64,000 nt of DNA from Escherichia phage vB_EcoM_NBG1: sequence record MH243438.1; one strand, 5' to 3'. The position numbers and the translations under genes were made by a program. Of the stretch, positions 9,789 to 20,245 are shown one piece after another. Position 1 is the stretch's first letter; each line of letters starts with the position of its first letter. The notes under the pieces were generated by a model. The model did no database searches and was not told the origin of the DNA. It worked only from the letters and a program-made list of their open reading frames with translations.

Positions 9789-11303
9789 ATGACAGATATT
9801 AAAGTACATTTTCATGATTTTAGCCATGTAAGAATTGAATGCGACGAAAGCGTGTTCTATGAATTACGCGACTTTTTTAGCTTTGAAGCCGATGGGTACA
9901 AATTCAACCCGCGTTACAAATATGGGAACTGGGATGGTAGAATTAGACTTTTAGATTACAACCGTTTGTTACCATATGGACTTGTAGGACAAATAAAAAA
10001 GTTCTGTAGCAATATGAGTTATTCTGTATGGATTGACCCTAAAATCTTTGAGACCGAAGACCTTACCAGGGAAGATTTTGACGCATGGCTTTCTAAACAA
10101 GAAATTTATTCAGGCAACGCCAAAATCGAACCACATTGGTATCAAAAAGATGCAGTATATGAAGGACTAGTTAATCGTCGTCGAATTTTAAACCTTCCGA
10201 CATCAGCAGGTAAATCACTAATCCAAGCACTTTTAGCTCGGTATTATCTAGAGAACTATGAAGGTAAAATTCTCATTATCGTCCCTACAACAGCATTGAC
10301 AACCCAGATGGCTAATGATTTTGTTGATTATCGCTTGTTTAGTCATTCGATGATTAAGAAAATTGGCGGTGGTGCTGATAAAGCAGACAAATCTAAAAAC
10401 GACGCTCCAATTATTGTTGGCACATGGCAAACGGTAGTTAAGCAGCCTAAAGAATGGTTCTCTCAGTTCGGTATGATGATGAACGATGAATGCCACTTAG
10501 CAACAGGCAAAAGTATTTCTTCAATCATCGCAGGATTAAATAATTGTATGTTTAAATTCGGTTTATCTGGCTCATTAAGAGACGGAAAGGCCAATGTAAT
10601 GCAGTACGTAGGTATGTTCGGCGAAATCTTCCGTCCTGTTAGCACGTCTAAATTAATGGAAGATGGACAGGTAACTGAGCTTAAGATTAATAGTATTTTC
10701 CTTCGTTATCCAGACGAATTCGCCACCAAATTAAAAGGTAAAACATACCAAGAAGAAGTTAAAATTATTACCGGACTAAAACGACGTACAAAGTGGATTG
10801 CTCAACTTTCAGTCAAATTGGCTAAGAAAGACGAGAACGCCTTTGTAATGTTTAAACACGTTACACACGGTAAAGAAATATTTGAAGCTATTAAAGAGCT
10901 TGGATACGAAAAAGTTTATTACGTATCAGGCGAAGTTGATACTGAAACACGTAACGCGCTTAAAGTCATGGCAGAAAATGGTAAAGGCATTATTATTGTC
11001 GCATCATATGGAGTATTCTCTACCGGTATTTCAGTCAAGAATCTTCATCATGTTATTTTTGCCCATGGTGTTAAATCAAAAATTATCGTACTTCAAACAG
11101 TAGGTCGTGTGCTTCGTAAGCATGGTTCTAAAGCTGTTGCTACAGTTTGGGATCTCATCGATGACGCAGGTGTAAAACCTAAATCATTAAATACTAAAAA
11201 GAAGTATACTCATCTTAATTACTTGTTAAAACACGGTATTGATCGTATCCAACGTTACGCTGATGAGAAATTTAACTATGTAATGAAAACAATTAATTTA
11301 TAA
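9789..11303 (+). CDS. uvsW: UvsW RNA-DNA and DNA-DNA helicase
   Basis: 504 aa; MTDIKVHFHDFSHVRIECDE... and SF2 helicase motifs (LPTSAGKS Walker A, DECH box) match remembered T4 UvsW. Confidence 0.95.
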   Translation: MTDIKVHFHDFSHVRIECDESVFYELRDFFSFEADGYKFNPRYKYGNWDGRIRLLDYNRLLPYGLVGQIKKFCSNMSYSVWIDPKIFETEDLTREDFDAWLSKQEIYSGNAKIEPHWYQKDAVYEGLVNRRRILNLPTSAGKSLIQALLARYYLENYEGKILIIVPTTALTTQMANDFVDYRLFSHSMIKKIGGGADKADKSKNDAPIIVGTWQTVVKQPKEWFSQFGMMMNDECHLATGKSISSIIAGLNNCMFKFGLSGSLRDGKANVMQYVGMFGEIFRPVSTSKLMEDGQVTELKINSIFLRYPDEFATKLKGKTYQEEVKIITGLKRRTKWIAQLSVKLAKKDENAFVMFKHVTHGKEIFEAIKELGYEKVYYVSGEVDTETRNALKVMAENGKGIIIVASYGVFSTGISVKNLHHVIFAHGVKSKIIVLQTVGRVLRKHGSKAVATVWDLIDDAGVKPKSLNTKKKYTHLNYLLKHGIDRIQRYADEKFNYVMKTINL

Positions 11304-11328
11304 GGGCTTCGGCCCTTAGGAGATAAAA

Positions 11329-11559
11329 ATGGTACTTGAATTTAAACAATTTTTATACGAAGCATCTATTGACGAATTCATGGGTAAAATTGCTAGTTGT
11401 CATACCCTAGAAGGGCTTGAAGAATTGGAAGCTTATTATAAGAAACGTATAAAAGAAACGGAATTAAAAGATACAGATGATATTTCTGTCAGGGATGCCT
11501 TAGCAGGTAAGCGTGCCGAACTTGAAGGCGATGATGAGGATGTGGAAGAAGACTTCTAA
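11329..11559 (+). CDS. uvsW.1: UvsW.1 small acidic protein
   Basis: 76 aa ORF 25 nt downstream of uvsW in another frame; same size as T4 UvsW.1. Confidence 0.8.
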   Translation: MVLEFKQFLYEASIDEFMGKIASCHTLEGLEELEAYYKKRIKETELKDTDDISVRDALAGKRAELEGDDEDVEEDF

Positions 11560-11560
11560 T

Positions 11561-11600
11561 TAAAAAAAAGGCCCGACCTTTTTGGAAGGGCCAAAAACCA
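11561..11600. terminator. Candidate bidirectional terminator between uvsW.1 and uvsY.-2
   Basis: A-run, GGCCC...GGGCC stem, T/A runs, between convergent genes. Confidence 0.45.
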
Positions 11601-11618
11601 TAGGCAAAAAAGGTAACA

Positions 11619-11786
11619 CTATAGTAAAAGTTGGGTTTCGTTCAATTGCTCTTCTGAACTTTCTGAAACCGGCAATTGTTGTACATAATTATAACAAGGA
11701 CCAGGATGTGCTGGGCCTTTGTCTGTTTCAACAACCAATGCAGAATCGATTGGAGTTTTACAGACAACACAAATCTTATCTGACAT
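11619..11786 (-). CDS. uvsY.-2: UvsY.-2-like small protein
   Basis: Hand-translated about 55 aa ORF (MSDKICVVCKTPIDSALVVETDKGPAHPGPCYNYVQQLPVSESSEEQLNETQLLL) with SD AGGAGG upstream; below the ORF-track size cutoff. The track's + ORF 11582-11788 is rejected. Confidence 0.6.
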   Translation of the reverse strand: MSDKICVVCKTPIDSALVVETDKGPAHPGPCYNYVQQLPVSESSEEQLNETQLLL

Positions 11787-11818
11787 GATTGCCTCCTAAG
11801 TTGAAATTACATATCTAT

Positions 11819-12043
11819 TTATACAACTCTCATATGCATATCAATGCCCATATCTTTAGAATAAAAATATTCATCAAGATATCCGGCAAATTTTCCTTTA
11901 ATATAAAGGACATCTTCACCACACGGATGGTCTGCCAGGATACGAATATCCTGACGACGTAGACGATACTTTTCCATTAGGAATTTAATTTCAGTTTCAA
12001 ATTCTTCGTCATTATTAAAGGCATCTTCAATTGAATAACGCAT
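11819..12043 (-). CDS. uvsY.-1: UvsY.-1-like protein
   Basis: 74 aa ORF directly downstream of uvsY, stop/start coupled. Confidence 0.65.
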   Translation of the reverse strand: MRYSIEDAFNNDEEFETEIKFLMEKYRLRRQDIRILADHPCGEDVLYIKGKFAGYLDEYFYSKDMGIDMHMRVV

Positions 12044-12456
12044 TATTGCCCCGCTTCAAATTCTCGCATATCCTGGATATGTTTAAGTGCAAAACTACGA
12101 GACTTAACTGCGTCAAGTGCACCACTACAGAACTCAAGTAAAATTCCCCAGTATTGTAAAGTAGTCTCTATTTTAAGCACATCTTTATCTGCAGCCAGGA
12201 CAGTTTTCATTTCAGATTTCTCGTATCGGTCCATACTGAATTCATCACCGTCACCTCGTCCCGAGTAGTAGTCTAATCTTGCTTTTAGAGCAGTTTTCTT
12301 CTGAGTCTCTATACGCAACATTTCTTTACGAATAAATGAGTGCTTACGTAGCCATTTGCTGTATAACTTAACATTATTCGCTGTCTCATATTGCAACTTT
12401 GTTGTATCAATAGCTAAGTCTGCGTCTAACTCTTCCTGTAAATCTTCCAGCTTCAT
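12043..12456 (-). CDS. uvsY: Recombination mediator UvsY
   Basis: 137 aa from internal ATG at 12456; MKLEDLQEEL...LRIETQKKTALKARLDYYSGRGDGDEFSMDRYEKSEMKTVL matches remembered T4 UvsY. The track ORF is extended upstream to 12519. Confidence 0.92.
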   Translation of the reverse strand: MKLEDLQEELDADLAIDTTKLQYETANNVKLYSKWLRKHSFIRKEMLRIETQKKTALKARLDYYSGRGDGDEFSMDRYEKSEMKTVLAADKDVLKIETTLQYWGILLEFCSGALDAVKSRSFALKHIQDMREFEAGQ

Positions 12457-12535
12457 AATATTCTCTCTTTTACTAATAATCTCCCGGCTGTATCGGAAGG
12501 ACCTAAAACCATTATACATAGGTTGCCTTGAAGCA

Positions 12536-12934
12536 TTACACTCTATTGCTTGACGCTAACTGAAGTTTAATTTGTTCAATATCGTCAGGGTTGTCTACGA
12601 CCGAAAATCTAATCTCTACTATAACCGTATAGTCATCATATACTGGCGTTACACTTACAGAAAGTTTGTCGATGCGTGGCTCATAGTTACGGACAGCTGC
12701 CTGGATATTACGCTCAATCGTATCGGCTGTAAGTGGTGTCATGTTCTCGAAAAGTTCGTCGACCAAATCACATCCAAATTCAGGGTCGAAGGGGCGTGAG
12801 CCTTTTCTAGTTGTCACTATGCCAAGAAGACTATTTTTAATAGAACGAAGTCCTACAGAACGAGCAACGTCCTTGTTCCAATCCATACGCATTTCTGGGT
12901 CGATATCTGAATAAAGTTTATTGATATTAGACAT
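12536..12934 (-). CDS. 25: Baseplate wedge subunit gp25
   Basis: 132 aa; MSNINKLYSDIDPEMRMDWNKDVARS... matches T4 gp25. Confidence 0.95.
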   Translation of the reverse strand: MSNINKLYSDIDPEMRMDWNKDVARSVGLRSIKNSLLGIVTTRKGSRPFDPEFGCDLVDELFENMTPLTADTIERNIQAAVRNYEPRIDKLSVSVTPVYDDYTVIVEIRFSVVDNPDDIEQIKLQLASSNRV

Positions 12935-13560
12935 TATAGTAACTCAAAGAATTCTTTGAGGCCTCGTATTGTGTGAACGTGTGACGCCCCACATTTGGGA
13001 CATTTAATAGGGGTTGCCAGATAAATCGATGGCGATACCAAAAGATTTTTAATATTGATCATGTCATCTTCTGTTATAAGGCCGTAAAGGTCGTTTATTT
13101 CTGCTTCAGTTAAATCTTCAACAGGGATGGACTCTCCATTGACAAAAACGGCCTCAATACATGAAGCAATCATTAATGCGATATTTTTATCGTCAAATAA
13201 TTTAGGTTGACGGAACTTAATTTTAATACCACTAAACGAATACCAGGGATCGGCCTGTTCATCTAATTGAGTGTGCAATAAATTCATATAGACTTGAAAT
13301 GAATGCCCACAGGAACAATTCCAGGTGTGTTCTTGATTCACTTCACCTAATGAATGGGCCCACAGATTTACCAACAATAACTCGGCTTCTTGTTTAGTCA
13401 AGTTTTTAGCATTAGAGCAATTAGTGATAATATTGTTCACTGCTGATTCAATAGTACCGGTAGCCCGCGCACCTATGAGTCCTAAATATTCTTTTAAAGT
13501 AAAGGCTCTACAATTCACTTCTTTATCGCCTAAACGTACTGTAAACGTATATTTGTACAT
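12934..13560 (-). CDS. 26: Baseplate hub subunit gp26
   Basis: 208 aa, same length and position as T4 gp26; - strand TATAAATA upstream. Confidence 0.88.
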   Translation of the reverse strand: MYKYTFTVRLGDKEVNCRAFTLKEYLGLIGARATGTIESAVNNIITNCSNAKNLTKQEAELLLVNLWAHSLGEVNQEHTWNCSCGHSFQVYMNLLHTQLDEQADPWYSFSGIKIKFRQPKLFDDKNIALMIASCIEAVFVNGESIPVEDLTEAEINDLYGLITEDDMINIKNLLVSPSIYLATPIKCPKCGASHVHTIRGLKEFFELL

Positions 13561-13578
13561 GTTAACTCCTTTATTGTG

Positions 13579-13586
13579 TATTTATA
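13579..13586 (-). promoter_or_regulatory. T4-type late promoter upstream of gene 26 (divergent, overlapping)
   Basis: The + strand reads TATTTATA, i.e. TATAAATA on the - strand, about 20 nt upstream of the gene 26 start. Confidence 0.6.
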
Positions 13587-13590
13587 AATA
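13583..13590 (+). promoter_or_regulatory. T4-type late promoter upstream of gene 51
   Basis: TATAAATA 18 nt upstream of the gene 51 ATG. Confidence 0.7.
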
Positions 13591-13607
13591 ATAGAAAAGG
13601 AGTAATT

Positions 13608-14360
13608 ATGGCTAATATAATTCGTTGTAAATTACCGGATGGTGTTCATCGTTTTAAGCCGTTCACCGTAGCGGATTATAGAGACTTTTTACTAGTTAGA
13701 AATGATATCGAACATCGTTCGCCACAAGAACAAAAAGAAATAATTGCCGATCTGATTGATGATTATTTTGGCGAGTACCCTAAAACATGGCAACCATTTA
13801 TATTCCTGCAAGTTTTTGCAGGCTCTATAGGTAAAACAAAAGTTCCCGTTATTTTCACTTGCCCTAAATGCTCTAAAGAAAAAACTGCACCATTTGAGAT
13901 ATATCAAAAAGAACTAGTCGAACCTGAACTTGATGTTGCTGGTATAAAAATACGTTTTTCTTTCCCTGAAAAGTTTTATGACAATAAAGCATTAATGATA
14001 AGTGAAAACATAAAAGAAATATATTATAATGATGAATGGTACCCATGGAATGATTTGACTGAAGAGAACCAAATCCAAGTAATAGAAGCAATAGACATTG
14101 ACTCGCTCGAGAAGGTTATTGCTTCTATGAATCCTATTAATTTGACCCTTAGATTAGGTTGTTGTGAACGACATGTTAAAACATATACTGATATCTTAGA
14201 GGTTTTTAAATTGTTAGTTAACCCTGATGAGATTTTTACATTCTATCAGATAAACCATTCACTGGTAAAGAGTCAATACACATTGGATTCTATTATGCAA
14301 ATGATTCCTGTTGAACGTGGTATTGCTTTAACATTAGTAGAAAAGGACCATAAAAAATGA
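13608..14360 (+). CDS. 51: Baseplate hub assembly catalyst gp51
   Basis: 250 aa; position and size match T4 gp51; late promoter 13583-13590. Confidence 0.88.
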   Translation: MANIIRCKLPDGVHRFKPFTVADYRDFLLVRNDIEHRSPQEQKEIIADLIDDYFGEYPKTWQPFIFLQVFAGSIGKTKVPVIFTCPKCSKEKTAPFEIYQKELVEPELDVAGIKIRFSFPEKFYDNKALMISENIKEIYYNDEWYPWNDLTEENQIQVIEAIDIDSLEKVIASMNPINLTLRLGCCERHVKTYTDILEVFKLLVNPDEIFTFYQINHSLVKSQYTLDSIMQMIPVERGIALTLVEKDHKK

Positions 14361-15529
14361 AAGTATTCCAACGTCCAGGATATCCTAACTTAAGCGTTAA
14401 ATTATACCAAGATTATTCGGCTTGGCAAGAAAATAGATACGTTGAACTCGCGGCAACAATAACAACTTTAACCATGCGAGATTCGCTATATGGAAGAAAT
14501 GAAGGGATTCTTCAATTTTATGACACTAAAAACATCCACACTAAAATGGACGGTAGACAGATAGTTCAAATCTCTGTTTCAAATTCAAACACACCTCTCC
14601 AAGTTAGAACTCGAATTTATGGATGTAGACATTATTCTGTGTCTGTGGACTCAAAAGGTGACAATATTATTGCAATTGAGCTTGGAACAATACATTCTAT
14701 AGAGAACCTTAAATTTGGGCGACCATTCTTCCCGGACGCAGGCGAATCTATACGTGAAATGTTAGGTGTCATATACAAAGACCGTGCGTTAATTACTCCG
14801 CCAATAAACACTATTAATGCTTATGTTCCTGATATCCCTTGGACAAGCACATTTGATGATTATTTGGCATATGTCAGAGAATTAGGACTTGCTACAGCGA
14901 GTGATAAGTTCGTATTCGTATGGCAAGATATTTTAGGCGTAAACATGATTGACTACGATACTCTTATTGGTCAGGAAGGCATTAAGATGATTGTAGGTGA
15001 GCCAAATACTGTAGGTCAGTATATTCAAGAGCTTGAGTATCCATTAGTATGGGATTTCACCTGGATGACTAAAGCTAACCAATTTACACGAGACCCTATT
15101 AAAAACGCTACGATATTCGCTCATTCATTTTTAGATACATCTATTCCGGTTATTGTTACAGGCGATGGTGATAATGCTATTCTTGTGTCAAGATCCGGTG
15201 GATATTCCGAAATGACCTATCGTAATGGATTTGAAGAAGCAAGTCGTCTTCAGACAATGGCTCAATATGACGGATATGCTAAATGCACTACTACAGGTAA
15301 TTTTAACATAACGCCTGCTACTAAAATTATATTTGTTGACCAAAAGAACCAATTCAAATCCGAATTTTACGTGGATGAAGTTATTCACGAGTTATCAAAT
15401 AACAACTCACAAACTCATCTGTACATGTTTACCAACTCAATGGTGTTAGAACCTGTTAACCCAGTTAAGGTTAAAAATGAACTTAAATCTGATTCTACCT
15501 CTAAAGAAAATAATTCTACCACAGTCTAA
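14357..15529 (+). CDS. 27: Baseplate hub subunit gp27
   Basis: 390 aa (T4 gp27 is 391); synteny. Confidence 0.92.
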   Translation: MKVFQRPGYPNLSVKLYQDYSAWQENRYVELAATITTLTMRDSLYGRNEGILQFYDTKNIHTKMDGRQIVQISVSNSNTPLQVRTRIYGCRHYSVSVDSKGDNIIAIELGTIHSIENLKFGRPFFPDAGESIREMLGVIYKDRALITPPINTINAYVPDIPWTSTFDDYLAYVRELGLATASDKFVFVWQDILGVNMIDYDTLIGQEGIKMIVGEPNTVGQYIQELEYPLVWDFTWMTKANQFTRDPIKNATIFAHSFLDTSIPVIVTGDGDNAILVSRSGGYSEMTYRNGFEEASRLQTMAQYDGYAKCTTTGNFNITPATKIIFVDQKNQFKSEFYVDEVIHELSNNNSQTHLYMFTNSMVLEPVNPVKVKNELKSDSTSKENNSTTV

Positions 15530-16010
15530 TAAAAAGGTAATGATTCCTAAATTAGGGCTTAAACATTATAATCTTTTAAAGGACGTTAAAGGTCCTGATG
15601 AAAACATGAAAATCTTAGCTGATTCTATTTGTAAAAATATGAGTCCCGCAGATTTTGATTTTGCATGTCTACATATATTGGAATTTAATAACAAACTTAA
15701 GTCTGAAGTTGAAAAAGACGGATTCACATATAAACTAGATGACGTCTATGTATGCCAACGAACAGAATTCCAATTCCAAGGCAATACTTTTTATTTTAGA
15801 CCTCCAGGCAAATTTGAACAATTCGCTACAATCAGTGAAATGCTATCAAATTGCTTAATAAAAGTTAATGACGAAGAGAAAGAAATTTCTTTCCTTGAGA
15901 TGCCTGCTTTTGTAATCAAATGGGCAGAAGACCTTTCGACAACTATTGCTATTCCAGGCCCTAATGGTCCTATTAAGGGTATAGCAGAAATTATTGGATT
16001 GCTTGAATGA
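15477..16010 (+). CDS. 28: Baseplate hub distal subunit gp28
   Basis: 177 aa, same as T4 gp28; overlaps gp27 3' end in another frame. Confidence 0.85.
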   Translation: MNLNLILPLKKIILPQSNKKVMIPKLGLKHYNLLKDVKGPDENMKILADSICKNMSPADFDFACLHILEFNNKLKSEVEKDGFTYKLDDVYVCQRTEFQFQGNTFYFRPPGKFEQFATISEMLSNCLIKVNDEEKEISFLEMPAFVIKWAEDLSTTIAIPGPNGPIKGIAEIIGLLE

Positions 16011-17779
16011 AACCTGAAGAAATGAAATCCATGCGTAGAAATAAGGTCATTGCCGATAATAAACCACAAAAAGTAGCTGCAACAGCAGCTACCGATTCAT
16101 TAGAAGCATTGAATGACATTTCATCAAAACTAGACGATGTCCAAGCCGCGTCTGAACTCACATCACAAAGTGTAGAAGATAAAGGCAATGGAATTATTGA
16201 ATCAATTGGAGACTTAAAGAATTCGACAGATAATACTGCTGAAGGCACAGAGCTTATCGCAGAAGTTATTGAAAAACAAACTGAAGTCACTAAAAGTATA
16301 AACGAAGTTTCTAGTGCAATAAGCTCTAAGTTAGACCGATTAGCTACATTATTAGAGCAAAAATTACAAACATCTACCGCTATTCAAAATACAGGAGGCA
16401 CCTCTCTTGAAGTAATTGAGAACGCAATACCTGTTAAAGTGGTTGAGAATGAAACTTCTGATGAGTTGTTTAAAGCATTCCCTACACCTGAAAAGATTGA
16501 TAATAAGCCAGACGAAGATTTCTTTCCAGTCCCGGTTCAAGAAAGTGCTAATTCTACTTCCGATTCTAAAGGCGGAATTAGCTTTAAATTGAGCGATAAA
16601 ATTGCAATGCTCACCAAAACAGTTCAAACCGGGTTTAATAAATCAATATCCATTTCAGACAGAATTGCTGGAATGCTTTTCAAATACACTATAACGGCTG
16701 CTATTGAAGCAGCAAAAATGGCCGCACTTATTCTTGGTATTGTTATCGGTATTGATTTATTGATAGTCCATTTCAAATATTGGACAGACAAGTTCACTTC
16801 TGCCTGGGATTTATTTGATGAAAACTTTACTAAATTCTCCGACGAAGCTAAAGAGTGGGGTAAATTCTTAAGTGATATATTCACTTCTATTGACTCGATA
16901 AAACAATTGTGGGAAGCTGGAGACTGGGGTGGTTTAACCGTTGCTATTGTCAAAGGTGTAGGAACAGCATTAATGAACTTAGGTGAACTAATTCAATTAG
17001 GAATGGCTAAACTCTCCGCGTCTATATTGCGTGCTATAGGTTTTGGTGATACCGCAGACGAAATAGAAGGACGTGCTTTAGAAGGATTCCAAGAAACTAC
17101 TGGGAACAAATTAAAGAAAGAAGACCAAGAGAAAGTCGCTAAATATCAAATGAAACGTGACGATGGGGAATTAGGAACCGTTTCTAAAGGTCTTGATATG
17201 TTACAACGCGGCAAAACATTCGTTACTAACTGGGTTCGTGGTAATGACAATAAAGAAGAGTTTAGTACAAGTGATGAGCGCGCTGCGGAATCAGCAAAAT
17301 TAAAAGAGTTACCTGAAGAGGAACGTAAAGAGGCGTACATAAAAGCGAATGAAACTCGTGCTGCACTGGTTAGATTTGAGGATTATATCGATAAAATCGA
17401 TATGACTAATCCAGAAAATGCTAAAAACGTCGAGAAGTCTTATGCTGATTTAAGTAAACTTATTAAAGACCCTGAACTTAATAAAACTCCTGTTGTTAAA
17501 AAGGAAATAGATGCTAGATTTGAAAAGCTAAATAATAAAATGGCTGAAGCCAAAAAGGCTCAGACTACAGTTAAGCCTGAATCTTCGTCTAAATCTCCGG
17601 AAGCAAAACAAGTTCAGTCAATAGAGAAAGGACGTGCTTCTGAATCTAAACAACAGCAACCGGTAGCGGCGATTAGTAACACAAATAATGTCGTCAAAAA
17701 GAATACCGTAGTCCAGAATATGACCCCTGTAACAAGTACAACGGCTCCTGGAATTTTCCATGCCACCGGTGTTAATTAA
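16007..17779 (+). CDS. 29: Baseplate hub subunit and tail length determinator gp29
   Basis: 590 aa, same as T4 gp29; tape-measure-like composition. Confidence 0.92.
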   Translation: MKPEEMKSMRRNKVIADNKPQKVAATAATDSLEALNDISSKLDDVQAASELTSQSVEDKGNGIIESIGDLKNSTDNTAEGTELIAEVIEKQTEVTKSINEVSSAISSKLDRLATLLEQKLQTSTAIQNTGGTSLEVIENAIPVKVVENETSDELFKAFPTPEKIDNKPDEDFFPVPVQESANSTSDSKGGISFKLSDKIAMLTKTVQTGFNKSISISDRIAGMLFKYTITAAIEAAKMAALILGIVIGIDLLIVHFKYWTDKFTSAWDLFDENFTKFSDEAKEWGKFLSDIFTSIDSIKQLWEAGDWGGLTVAIVKGVGTALMNLGELIQLGMAKLSASILRAIGFGDTADEIEGRALEGFQETTGNKLKKEDQEKVAKYQMKRDDGELGTVSKGLDMLQRGKTFVTNWVRGNDNKEEFSTSDERAAESAKLKELPEEERKEAYIKANETRAALVRFEDYIDKIDMTNPENAKNVEKSYADLSKLIKDPELNKTPVVKKEIDARFEKLNNKMAEAKKAQTTVKPESSSKSPEAKQVQSIEKGRASESKQQQPVAAISNTNNVVKKNTVVQNMTPVTSTTAPGIFHATGVN

Positions 17780-17787
17780 GGATTATT

Positions 17788-18897
17788 ATGATTAGTGTAA
17801 AAGAAATAGTAGTAGATGCAAAGGATTTAAATAAAGCAATCCCAGTCTCAGAAAGTGCTGGGCAAAGCACTAAAACCGAAACAACTACTAAAACTTATGT
17901 TGCTCAATTTCCTACAGGAAGAGCAGCCGGAAATGACTCCACAGGAGACTTCCAGGTAACAGACCTTTATAAGAATGGATTATTATTTACCGCGTACAAT
18001 ATGTCTGCACGCGATTCAGGATCCCTCAGGAATTTACGTCCGGCATATGCCGGTACTTCATCTAATGGTATCATATCAGATTTAACTGATAATGTGAAAG
18101 ATGCAGTGACTAAATTCTCTAATGGATTGCTTCCTGCCGGGGCTAATAAATCTACTATAAATAAAACTCCTGTTGCTAATATACTTTTGCCACGTTCCAA
18201 ATCTGACGTCGATACAACTTCACATCGTTTTAATGATATCGGTGATAGCCTTATTACTAAAGGTGGAGGTACTGCTACGGGTGTTTTAAGTAACATTGCT
18301 TCTACTGCAGTCTTTGGTGCATTAGATTCTATTACTCAAGGGCTTATGGCTGATAATAACGAACAGATTTATACGACTTCTCGTAGTATGTACGGTGGTG
18401 CTGAGAACCGTACCAAAGTCTTTACATGGGATTTAACTCCACGTTCAACTGAAGACCTTATGGCTATTATAAACATTTACCAGTATTTTAACTATTTCTC
18501 TTATGGTGAGACTGGTAAATCACAGTATGCCCAAGAGATTAAAAGTTATTTAGACGAATGGTACCGTTCAACGTTTATTGAGCCTATGACGCCGGATGAT
18601 GCAGTAAAAAATAAGACATTGTTTGAAAAGATTACTGCGTCATTAACAAATGTATTAGTTGTAAGCAACCCTACAATTTGGATGGTTAAAAACTTTGGTT
18701 ATACGTCTAAATTTGATGGATTAACTGACGTATTTGGTCCATGCCAAATACAAAGCGTACGTTTTGATAAAACTCCAAATGGACAATTTAATGGTCTTGC
18801 TGTTGCTCCTAACTTACCATCAACATTTACGTTAGAGATAACAATGCGAGAAATTATTACATTAAACCGTTCTTCACTTTATGCGGGGACTTTCTAA
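17788..18897 (+). CDS. 48: Baseplate tail tube cap gp48
   Basis: 369 aa; synteny 29-48-54. Confidence 0.9.
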   Translation: MISVKEIVVDAKDLNKAIPVSESAGQSTKTETTTKTYVAQFPTGRAAGNDSTGDFQVTDLYKNGLLFTAYNMSARDSGSLRNLRPAYAGTSSNGIISDLTDNVKDAVTKFSNGLLPAGANKSTINKTPVANILLPRSKSDVDTTSHRFNDIGDSLITKGGGTATGVLSNIASTAVFGALDSITQGLMADNNEQIYTTSRSMYGGAENRTKVFTWDLTPRSTEDLMAIINIYQYFNYFSYGETGKSQYAQEIKSYLDEWYRSTFIEPMTPDDAVKNKTLFEKITASLTNVLVVSNPTIWMVKNFGYTSKFDGLTDVFGPCQIQSVRFDKTPNGQFNGLAVAPNLPSTFTLEITMREIITLNRSSLYAGTF

Positions 18898-19859
18898 TGT
18901 ACTCTTTAGAAGAATTTAATAACCAAGCTATAAATGCAGATTTCCAACGAAACAATATGTTTAGTTGTGTATTTGCTACTACACCATCAACCAAATCGTC
19001 TTCACTAATTTCGTCAATTGGTAGTTTTGCTTATAATAACTTAGGGTTGGATTCAGATTGGCTAGGATTGTCTCAAGGTGATATCAATCAGGGCGTAACA
19101 ACCCTGATTACAGCAGGAACACAGAAATTAATTCGAAAATCAGGTATAAGTAAATATCTGATTGGAGCAATGAGTCAACGTACGGTACAAAGCTTGTTAG
19201 GTGAGTTCACAGTAGGAGCTTATCTGATAGACTTCTTCAATATGGCATATAATAATACAGGTTTAATGATTTATTCTGTAAAAATGCCTGAGAACCGATT
19301 ATCTTATGAAACGGATTTCAACTATAACTCCCCGAACATCCGAATTACCGGCCGAGAAATGGACCCATTAGTAATAAGCTTTAGAATGGATTCCGAAGCA
19401 TCTAACTTTAGAGCAATGCAAGACTGGGTAAACTCAGTCCAAGACCCTGTAACAGGTCTTCGTGCTTTACCACAAGACGTCGAAGCAGATATTCAGGTTA
19501 ATTTACACGCACGAAATGGTTTACCACATACCGCTGTCATGTTCACAGGATGTATTCCTGTTAGTGTCTCTTCTCCTGAGTTAACGTATGATGGTGATAA
19601 TCAGATAACAGTTTTTGATGTAACATTTGCTTATCGCGTTATGCAATCAGGTGCTGTAAATAGGCAGGCTGCTTTAGAATGGCTGGAATCAGGACTTATT
19701 AGTAGTGTTTCAGGAATGTTTGGAAATAATCAGAATGATTCTGGGCTAGGAAGTGCAGTATCAAGACTTTCTAGATTAGGTGGGACTGCTGGAGGTGTGT
19801 CTAATATAAACACATTGACAGGTGTGGTGAATTCTGCGTCAAGAGTTTTAGGACTATAA
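18897..19859 (+). CDS. 54: Baseplate tail tube initiator gp54
   Basis: 320 aa, same as T4 gp54; terminator hairpin downstream. Confidence 0.9.
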   Translation: MYSLEEFNNQAINADFQRNNMFSCVFATTPSTKSSSLISSIGSFAYNNLGLDSDWLGLSQGDINQGVTTLITAGTQKLIRKSGISKYLIGAMSQRTVQSLLGEFTVGAYLIDFFNMAYNNTGLMIYSVKMPENRLSYETDFNYNSPNIRITGREMDPLVISFRMDSEASNFRAMQDWVNSVQDPVTGLRALPQDVEADIQVNLHARNGLPHTAVMFTGCIPVSVSSPELTYDGDNQITVFDVTFAYRVMQSGAVNRQAALEWLESGLISSVSGMFGNNQNDSGLGSAVSRLSRLGGTAGGVSNINTLTGVVNSASRVLGL

Positions 19860-19860
19860 G

Positions 19861-19888
19861 AAAAAGGGAGACGTTGTCTCCCTTTAGG
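19861..19888. terminator. Bidirectional terminator between gene 54 and the alt.-1-like gene
   Basis: AAAAA-GGGAGAC-GTT-GTCTCCC-TTT between convergent genes. Confidence 0.75.
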
Positions 19889-19891
19889 GGT

Positions 19892-20185
19892 TTATTTACG
19901 GAATGAAAGGAATGCTGGTGCTCGGAATGGAGTATCATCTTTAGAGTATTTAACTAATACGACCATTGGTACCTCTGTTTCTAAATGACCTGTCACTACA
20001 CCGATAAAAATTTGATCAGTGTGCTCAGGGTCACGAAAGTTTTTAAGAGGTTCCATAGCAATATGGAATGCACCTGGGAATACTCGATTCAATTCGTCAA
20101 TCACAGCTTCGTTAAAAACATCATCCGCTGGGATAGCATCTTCAACTACTAGTTCTTGACCATTAAAGCGAAGCATAGATTTCAT
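19892..20185 (-). CDS. Hypothetical early protein downstream of alt (alt.-1-like)
   Basis: 97 aa from ATG 20185 with SD GAGGAAA; early promoter at 20215-20245. Confidence 0.6.
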   Translation of the reverse strand: MKSMLRFNGQELVVEDAIPADDVFNEAVIDELNRVFPGAFHIAMEPLKNFRDPEHTDQIFIGVVTGHLETEVPMVVLVKYSKDDTPFRAPAFLSFRK

Positions 20186-20214
20186 AACGTTTTCCTCATG
20201 TTGTTGATGGGATG

Positions 20215-20245
20215 ATAGTATCACACATCCATGTGTTTGTAAACT
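20215..20245 (-). promoter_or_regulatory. T4-type early promoter
   Basis: GTTTAC -35 and TATCAT-type -10 on the - strand, followed by the conserved caacaacATGAGGAAA leader; upstream of the alt.-1-like gene. Confidence 0.6.

Noticed and set aside
11582-11788. 68 aa + strand ORF after uvsW.1
   Set aside because: The - strand here encodes a better-supported UvsY.-2-like ORF with an AGGAGG SD; the + ORF crosses the terminator region.
12043-12519. Extended 158 aa version of uvsY, and similar upstream extensions of frd (41570), alc (34593) and dsbA (44819)
   Set aside because: Internal ATGs with SD sequences reproduce the known T4 N-termini and lengths; the extensions run through promoter or leader sequence.
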